Under the pieces are notes generated by a model. That model worked only from the letters and a program-made list of their open reading frames with translations, did no database searches and was not told the origin of the DNA. This document shows positions 59,287 through 64,000 of a DNA stretch of 64,000 bases, in pieces. Both the position numbers and the translations under genes were made by a program. This DNA comes from Candidatus Bipolaricaulota bacterium (GTDB lineage Bacteria > Bipolaricaulota > Bipolaricaulia > UBA7950 > UBA9294), in NCBI GenBank assembly GCA_028277345.1, contig JANQGM010000011.1:206-64205 (forward strand), read 5' to 3'. Numbering within the stretch: the first letter of the stretch is position 1; every line of letters starts with the position of its first letter.

Positions 59287-59970
59287 ATGCCAACGTCATC
59301 TCAACGCGCACGCCGCGCCATTCACCGTCGCGCCATTGTGCAGTGGTCAATCGTCGGCATCGTTCTCATCACGATCGGCCTGGGTTGGTGGTTTCCCTGG
59401 CTTGGTTTTTCCGTTCCCATCGTGATGGCCATGGGCGTTATCGGATCGCTTTTCAACGGCCGCTATGTCTGTGGGAACCTCTGTCCACGGGGATCGTTCT
59501 ATGACCGTTTGATGCCCCCCCTCAGCCGAAAACGTCCCATCCCGAACTGGATAAGGTCTTCCGCCTTTCGCTGGACCCTGTTTGCATTACTGATGGGATT
59601 TATGGTCTTTCGCATTCTTCAAAACCCAACGGATCCGATGCACTGGGGCCGAGTCTTTTGGGTGATGTGCGTCGTGACCACGCTCATCGGGATCCCGCTC
59701 GCCCTTCTTATTCATCCCCGAACCTGGTGTTCGTTCTGTCCGATCGGAACCGTTCAGTCCGCCATCGGAGGCGGCCGTGGCCAGCTACAGATTGATGCGA
59801 AGGCCTGCCGAACCTGCGGGCTGTGCGAGAAGAAATGCCCCATGGGATTGTCGATTGCCGAACACAGGCAGGATGAATGCCTCCCTCACCGTGATTGCTT
59901 GCGATGCTCTGAATGTGTAGCCATCTGCCCGGTCGGCGCTCTCGAATGGCCGTCTCGCCCGCCAGACTAG
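59287..59970 (+). CDS. Membrane-bound 4Fe-4S polyferredoxin (NapH/MauN-like)
   Basis: 4 TM helices + two CxxCxxCxxxCP clusters (CRTCGLCEKKCP; CLRCSECVAICP). Confidence 0.7.
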   Translation: MPTSSQRARRAIHRRAIVQWSIVGIVLITIGLGWWFPWLGFSVPIVMAMGVIGSLFNGRYVCGNLCPRGSFYDRLMPPLSRKRPIPNWIRSSAFRWTLFALLMGFMVFRILQNPTDPMHWGRVFWVMCVVTTLIGIPLALLIHPRTWCSFCPIGTVQSAIGGGRGQLQIDAKACRTCGLCEKKCPMGLSIAEHRQDECLPHRDCLRCSECVAICPVGALEWPSRPPD

Positions 59971-60050
59971 CGCCACCCCGTCACACCAAAACGTCCACCC
60001 GCTTTTCTCCGCTCCAGCGCCTATGCTAGTATGCTCAGAAGGAGGGAGCG

Positions 60051-61304
60051 ATGGCGAAACGGGGAATACTGTGTCTGATGACGATCGTCCTTACGGCTTG
60101 GGTAGGCCAAGCCGCCTCGAACCTTGAGGTATTGGAAGGAATTTTCCGGCAAACCACGGCGTACACCTATACCCTCACGTTGGAACCGGATAGCCGAACC
60201 GCCGACGCGCGAATCGCCTCGCTATCGCCCGTTGACCAGCCTTGGTACCGCGTTCAAATCATGTCGCAAACCCTGGCGGCGAACACCCCATGGGACGTCC
60301 GGCAAGACCAAGAGGACAAGAACGGCAATCGCATCGCCGAATTGCTTTGGCGGCACGCCTCCGAAGAAATCGTGATCACCCGGACCGTACAAGCCGTTAG
60401 CGAGGCGGTCTATGGCCCCATGACGCTTTCCGATCCCTATCCCATCGCCGCCGCGTCCGTTCCGTGGTCCATCCGGAGCGCTCTCCAGCCCGGCAGCCAA
60501 TATCAAAGCGACGACGCTTCCCTTCGTGCCATGGCGCGAGGAGTTACCGAGGGCAGTCTGAGTCAGTTGGATGCCGTCGTTCGCGTCCTGTCCTGGATCC
60601 GCCGCGAGGTCCGCTACGCCTGCGGGAAGGATCTCTGTGATCCCGTCTATCGGGTCGATGCGCTCGCGACCTTGGAGAAGAAGATCGGCAACTGCGTTTC
60701 GTATGCCAACCTCGCCATCGCCATGCTGCGTGCGATCGGCGTGCCTACCGTAGAGGTCACCGGCTTTGTCGCTGATCGAGCCGAATCACGCGCCGCGCAC
60801 GCATGGATCGCGTGCTATTTCCCAAGTGTGGGATGGGTTGAGTTTGAATCCGCGGACTGGATGCCCGCCTACAGGGAAGCCCCCATGACGTACCTCATGC
60901 CGCAACACATCACGATCTGGAACGCTATCGTCGACGCAGGCATTTCAAGCGCGCCCTTCTCCGAACTCCACGAAGCAACGTTTTCGATCTCTCAACGCCC
61001 GGACCTTCGCACTCACGTCGAGGGAACCGTCGCGGCCGGTCACCCCATTGCCTGGGTGATCACCGTTTCACGCCCAACCACAGACGACGCCTGGCTATCC
61101 CTGGCCATCCAGGATCTTCCGGATGGCTGGAAGGCGGCGCTCTCCGAACAGGAAGTTTTCCTTGGAGAGAACGATCTGGGCGCAACACTGGACGTCCTCG
61201 TCACGATTATCCCGTCGGCCGTTGGCTCCGGTTCCTTGTCGGTGGTCTGCCGCCAGGACGGTGAGGAAGTTGGCCGGGTCCAATTCGATGTGATCGCCCA
61301 CTGA
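60051..61304 (+). CDS. Transglutaminase-like superfamily protein (secreted)
   Basis: Signal peptide; Cys-His-Asp core 'GNCVSYANLAIAMLRAIGVPT...HAWIACYF...W'. Confidence 0.8.
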   Translation: MAKRGILCLMTIVLTAWVGQAASNLEVLEGIFRQTTAYTYTLTLEPDSRTADARIASLSPVDQPWYRVQIMSQTLAANTPWDVRQDQEDKNGNRIAELLWRHASEEIVITRTVQAVSEAVYGPMTLSDPYPIAAASVPWSIRSALQPGSQYQSDDASLRAMARGVTEGSLSQLDAVVRVLSWIRREVRYACGKDLCDPVYRVDALATLEKKIGNCVSYANLAIAMLRAIGVPTVEVTGFVADRAESRAAHAWIACYFPSVGWVEFESADWMPAYREAPMTYLMPQHITIWNAIVDAGISSAPFSELHEATFSISQRPDLRTHVEGTVAAGHPIAWVITVSRPTTDDAWLSLAIQDLPDGWKAALSEQEVFLGENDLGATLDVLVTIIPSAVGSGSLSVVCRQDGEEVGRVQFDVIAH

Positions 61305-61313
61305 TCACGCATC

Positions 61314-62408
61314 CTATTTCATCCCTGGATGATTCCCCGCGCGAAACCGCCCATTCAACGCGGCAATGGCCATCCATTGGCCGGGCAAGGAGGATGCCGT
61401 TCCCGGAGACTGAATCCGCCCACGCAGGACTGCCCCATGCAGACGTTGTGGGTCGTTGACGACCCAACTCATCGGATTGACGGTCGCATCCAGCGTACGA
61501 AGCCAAGTCTCCAGACTGCATTGTCCATCGTTCGTCCGAGGACTGTGCAGCCCGATCACGCAACCGTCTCGAAGCTCCAACGCGATTCCCAAACCGCACT
61601 CAAGGTAAAGCACGACATGCGTTCCCGCGCCCTCTCGCTCAACCGCTTGCGGCAATCGCGCATGCTCCACCGCACGAATCCAGTCCCGAACCGTCTTGGC
61701 CCGCTCGTAGTCTTGAGCATCTGCCGCGAGGTGCATTTGCCGATGCCAGCGATCCATCTGACATTGGGTGGGATGTCGAAGAAAGTTGGCCGCTCGGCGC
61801 ACGTGGTCTTGATATGCATCTGCGGAGGCCCCTTCCGCACAGGGAGCAAGACATCGCCCTTGGTCGGCTCGGTCACACGGACGATCCGGCAACGTATGAC
61901 AAATGCGTAGCGGAAAGAGCTCACGCATCGCATCGAGAATCCGGTTTCGTATTCGCCAGCCGGTGTACGGACCGAAGAGTTCCCGCATCTCCTCGCATTC
62001 CGTCAGCACAGCGAGCGACGTGCGCCCCGTTCGGGTACCCACAAAGCGAGGGAAGGCCTCATCCGTTAGAGCAATGTAGTAGTAGGAGTCTTCGTCGTGA
62101 GTAAAGCGGCTGTTGAAGAGGGGCGTGTGATGGCGAATGAGATTGCTCTCCAAAACGAGAGCCTCCCGTTCGTTGCGAACGAGAATGACGTCTATCTGAC
62201 GAATCCGAGAGATCATCTCCGATTTGCGATGGGGTGTTGATGACGTCCGAAAGTACGAGACCAAGCGGCGGCGGAGGTTCACGGCCTTGCCGACATAGAG
62301 GACACGGCCATCAGCATTCTTCATCAGATAGCAGCCTGGATGTTCTGGATAGCGGGCAGCGGAGAACGAGAACGCCCCCACCTGGCTTTCGGTTCGATCC
62401 GCGCGCAT
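61314..62408 (-). CDS. UvrC-homolog (Cho-like) GIY-YIG excision nuclease lacking UvrC C-terminal RNaseH/HhH domains
   Basis: GIY-YIG (PGCYLMKNADGRVLYVGKAVNLRRR...E), UvrC Cys-rich region, UVR motif (DYERAKTVRDWIRAVE). Confidence 0.7.
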   Translation of the reverse strand: MRADRTESQVGAFSFSAARYPEHPGCYLMKNADGRVLYVGKAVNLRRRLVSYFRTSSTPHRKSEMISRIRQIDVILVRNEREALVLESNLIRHHTPLFNSRFTHDEDSYYYIALTDEAFPRFVGTRTGRTSLAVLTECEEMRELFGPYTGWRIRNRILDAMRELFPLRICHTLPDRPCDRADQGRCLAPCAEGASADAYQDHVRRAANFLRHPTQCQMDRWHRQMHLAADAQDYERAKTVRDWIRAVEHARLPQAVEREGAGTHVVLYLECGLGIALELRDGCVIGLHSPRTNDGQCSLETWLRTLDATVNPMSWVVNDPQRLHGAVLRGRIQSPGTASSLPGQWMAIAALNGRFRAGNHPGMK

Positions 62409-62449
62409 GCCACACCGTACTGCGCCAGGACGTGGGCGTCAACGCATCA

Positions 62450-62477
62450 TTGACAAGTCGCGTAACAGTGTTACAAT
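62450..62477 (+). promoter_or_regulatory. Near-consensus sigma70-type promoter TTGACA-N16-TACAAT; predicted TSS at the A of ATG 62484 (leaderless)
   Basis: Seen in sequence: cattTTGACAagtcgcgtaacagtgtTACAATaggtgcATG. Confidence 0.4.
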
Positions 62478-62483
62478 AGGTGC

Positions 62484-62630
62484 ATGAGACGACTAATCGG
62501 AATTATCTTTGGAATCGTTGTCGCCGCGTTCGTGCTGTCCGGCATCATTTGGCTATTATGGTGGTTGTTTGTGATCGCCGCCATCGTCGCCGTGGCCGGC
62601 CTCGTTTGGCGAGCGGTGACGCAACGCTAG
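62484..62630 (+). CDS. 48-aa hydrophobic peptide (two predicted TM helices; MRRLIGIIFGIVVAAFVLSGIIWLLWWLFVIAAIVAVAGLVWRAVTQR)
   Basis: Below ORF-track length cutoff; directly downstream of strong promoter; preferred over overlapping 110-aa ORF 62480..62812. Confidence 0.3.
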   Translation: MRRLIGIIFGIVVAAFVLSGIIWLLWWLFVIAAIVAVAGLVWRAVTQR

Positions 62631-62845
62631 CTCAGCGCGAATCCTTCGACAAGACGGCATCATCGTATCGCGAAAGCGGCGTGGCTGGATGCATGCACGT
62701 ATCCAGGCACTTCGGTCGCTTGCGTTGGTGGGGTAGCCTTGAGCATCCCTCAAACCGCCGCCCCAACACACGCCTTTCCCATTCCTCAGTCATGTTCCGT
62801 TCACATCTGTGAATTGGAATAGCACTAGGAAAGGGAGAGGAGAGA

Positions 62846-63937
62846 ATGATGAGACGCATGCGAACGGGGGTGGCCGCCGCCATCCTTACGTATTTATTGG
62901 CAGTCATGGCATTGGGGCAAGTCGCGGAGCTTCAAGACCGGTTGATTTCGGTCTTTGAAGCTACCGCCCCTGCCGTTGTCCATATCACCGTTCGAGGCAC
63001 GGCTGAAGATCTCTTCATGCGGCCTGTACCGGTCGAGGGATCCGGTTCCGGTTTCCTCTACGATGATCTTGGCCATATCGTCACGAACTACCACGTCATT
63101 GAGGGAGCCGATGAGATCCTCGTGGCGTTCGACGAAGTGGTCTGTTGTCGCGCTGTTGTCGTTGGGACGGATCCATCGACCGATCTCGCGGTAATCAAGG
63201 TTGAACCCACGGATCTGCCTGCTCCTTTGGCATTGGCGGACTCGGATCATCTCCGCATCGGGCAGTTCGTCGTCGCGATCGGCAACCCATTCGGCCTCGA
63301 TCAAACCATGACCTTTGGTATCGTTAGCGCGCTGGAACGCACCATTCGGAGTCCTGACGGCCGTTTCGTCGGAGAAGCGATCCAAACGGACGCCGCCGTC
63401 AATCCGGGCAACTCCGGAGGCCCTCTTCTTGATCTACATGGGCACGTTATCGGCGTCACCTCACAAATCATCAGTCCCGTGCGCGCATCCGCAGGTATTG
63501 CCTTCGCCATCTCTTCGAACACCGTTTCACGCGTCGTTCCCGCCCTCATCGAAACCGGACGATATCCGCACGCGTACCTCGGCCTATCCGGCGTGGGGTT
63601 GACCGCCGCCGTTCGCCAGCAATTCGCCGAAAGCGGTATCACGCTTCCTTCGGAAACCGGGATTCTCGTCACGGATGTGGCAGAAGGCGGGCCGGCGCAA
63701 CTGGCCGGAATTCTTCCGGGAACGGAATCGGTCACCATTCGCGGTTTTGATCTTCAGATCGGCGGCGATATTCTGCTGTCCATTGACGGCCGCCCGCTGA
63801 ACTCATTGACGGATCTTGTCTTCTACTTGGATGTCGAAACCCGGGTGGGAGATACCGTGGAACTAGGTCTACTCCGAAGCGGCGAACGGATCGATGTGGA
63901 GGCCATTCTTCAAGAGCGTCCGGAAAGCAACTCTTAA
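62846..63937 (+). CDS. htrA: HtrA/DegP-family serine protease with PDZ domain
   Basis: Catalytic triad context (H..D..GNSGGPL), C-terminal PDZ; GGAGAGGAGAG RBS. Confidence 0.9.
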   Translation: MMRRMRTGVAAAILTYLLAVMALGQVAELQDRLISVFEATAPAVVHITVRGTAEDLFMRPVPVEGSGSGFLYDDLGHIVTNYHVIEGADEILVAFDEVVCCRAVVVGTDPSTDLAVIKVEPTDLPAPLALADSDHLRIGQFVVAIGNPFGLDQTMTFGIVSALERTIRSPDGRFVGEAIQTDAAVNPGNSGGPLLDLHGHVIGVTSQIISPVRASAGIAFAISSNTVSRVVPALIETGRYPHAYLGLSGVGLTAAVRQQFAESGITLPSETGILVTDVAEGGPAQLAGILPGTESVTIRGFDLQIGGDILLSIDGRPLNSLTDLVFYLDVETRVGDTVELGLLRSGERIDVEAILQERPESNS

Positions 63938-64000
63938 GTACCAGTGACCGTCGAATACACGGTGAATTCGGCGGTCACTGACGCCACGTCTAGTCCTCCG

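Noticed and set aside
62480-62812. 110-aa GTG-start ORF
   Set aside because: Arg/His-rich, no RBS; the overlapping 48-aa peptide downstream of a consensus promoter is more plausible.
1-64000. tRNA/rRNA genes
   Set aside because: No cloverleaf-compatible GTTCGAATC/T-loop or rRNA signatures found in intergenic regions on visual scan.

Overview
High-GC (~60%) bacterial chromosomal window, gene-dense on both strands, with a housekeeping backbone and a large accessory region. I found no rRNA, tRNA or CRISPR array. Limits: all calls rest on motif-level reading of the supplied translations without database searches, and start codons are approximate where noted.

Backbone genes I can support:
- recQ, and a homoserine dehydrogenase.
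- Transporters: MFS, EamA, an MsbA-like ABC exporter, and an amino-acid ABC substrate-binding protein plus two permeases with no ATPase nearby.
- msrA (two copies) and msrB.
- An aldo-keto reductase, an MBL hydrolase, a D-2-hydroxyacid dehydrogenase, an M28 peptidase, HtrA, a transglutaminase-like protein, and a truncated UvrC-like (Cho-like) nuclease.

Most interesting region, about 12.7-28.2 kb (one co-oriented operon-like block from 12742 to ~24005, then Fic and the toxin-antitoxin genes):
- A voltage-gated K+ channel-like gene overlaps the start of a Type I restriction-modification operon by 4 bp.
- The operon order is hsdR, hsdS, a HEPN-like insert, hsdM.
- hsdM is followed, with translational coupling, by a 3-TM membrane protein, a PD-(D/E)xK-like two-domain protein and a TM0106-type RecB/Cas4-like nuclease.
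- Downstream are a wHTH-nucleotidyltransferase with a degenerate partner ORF carrying an in-frame amber codon, a Fic protein behind an AT-rich operator region, a partially duplicated cupin gene, and MazEF and RelE/RHH toxin-antitoxin pairs.
- This block is the best candidate for an undescribed composite defence system.

Other notable structure:
- A cluster of three paralogous secreted DOMON-like proteins, interleaved with an iron-sulfur flavoprotein and a NapH-like membrane polyferredoxin. This is a candidate extracytoplasmic electron-transfer module.
- A two-TM sensor fused directly to an OmpR-type winged helix, coupled to a beta-helix protein.
- A secretome cluster of PKD, PPC and Cache domain proteins.
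- A dispersed REP/MITE-like intergenic repeat family, including a 1-kb gene-poor region full of hairpin modules.
- Several perfect palindromic operator candidates, and a near-consensus promoter driving a leaderless 48-aa hydrophobic peptide.
- A gene graveyard holding PA14 and frameshifted MscS remnants.
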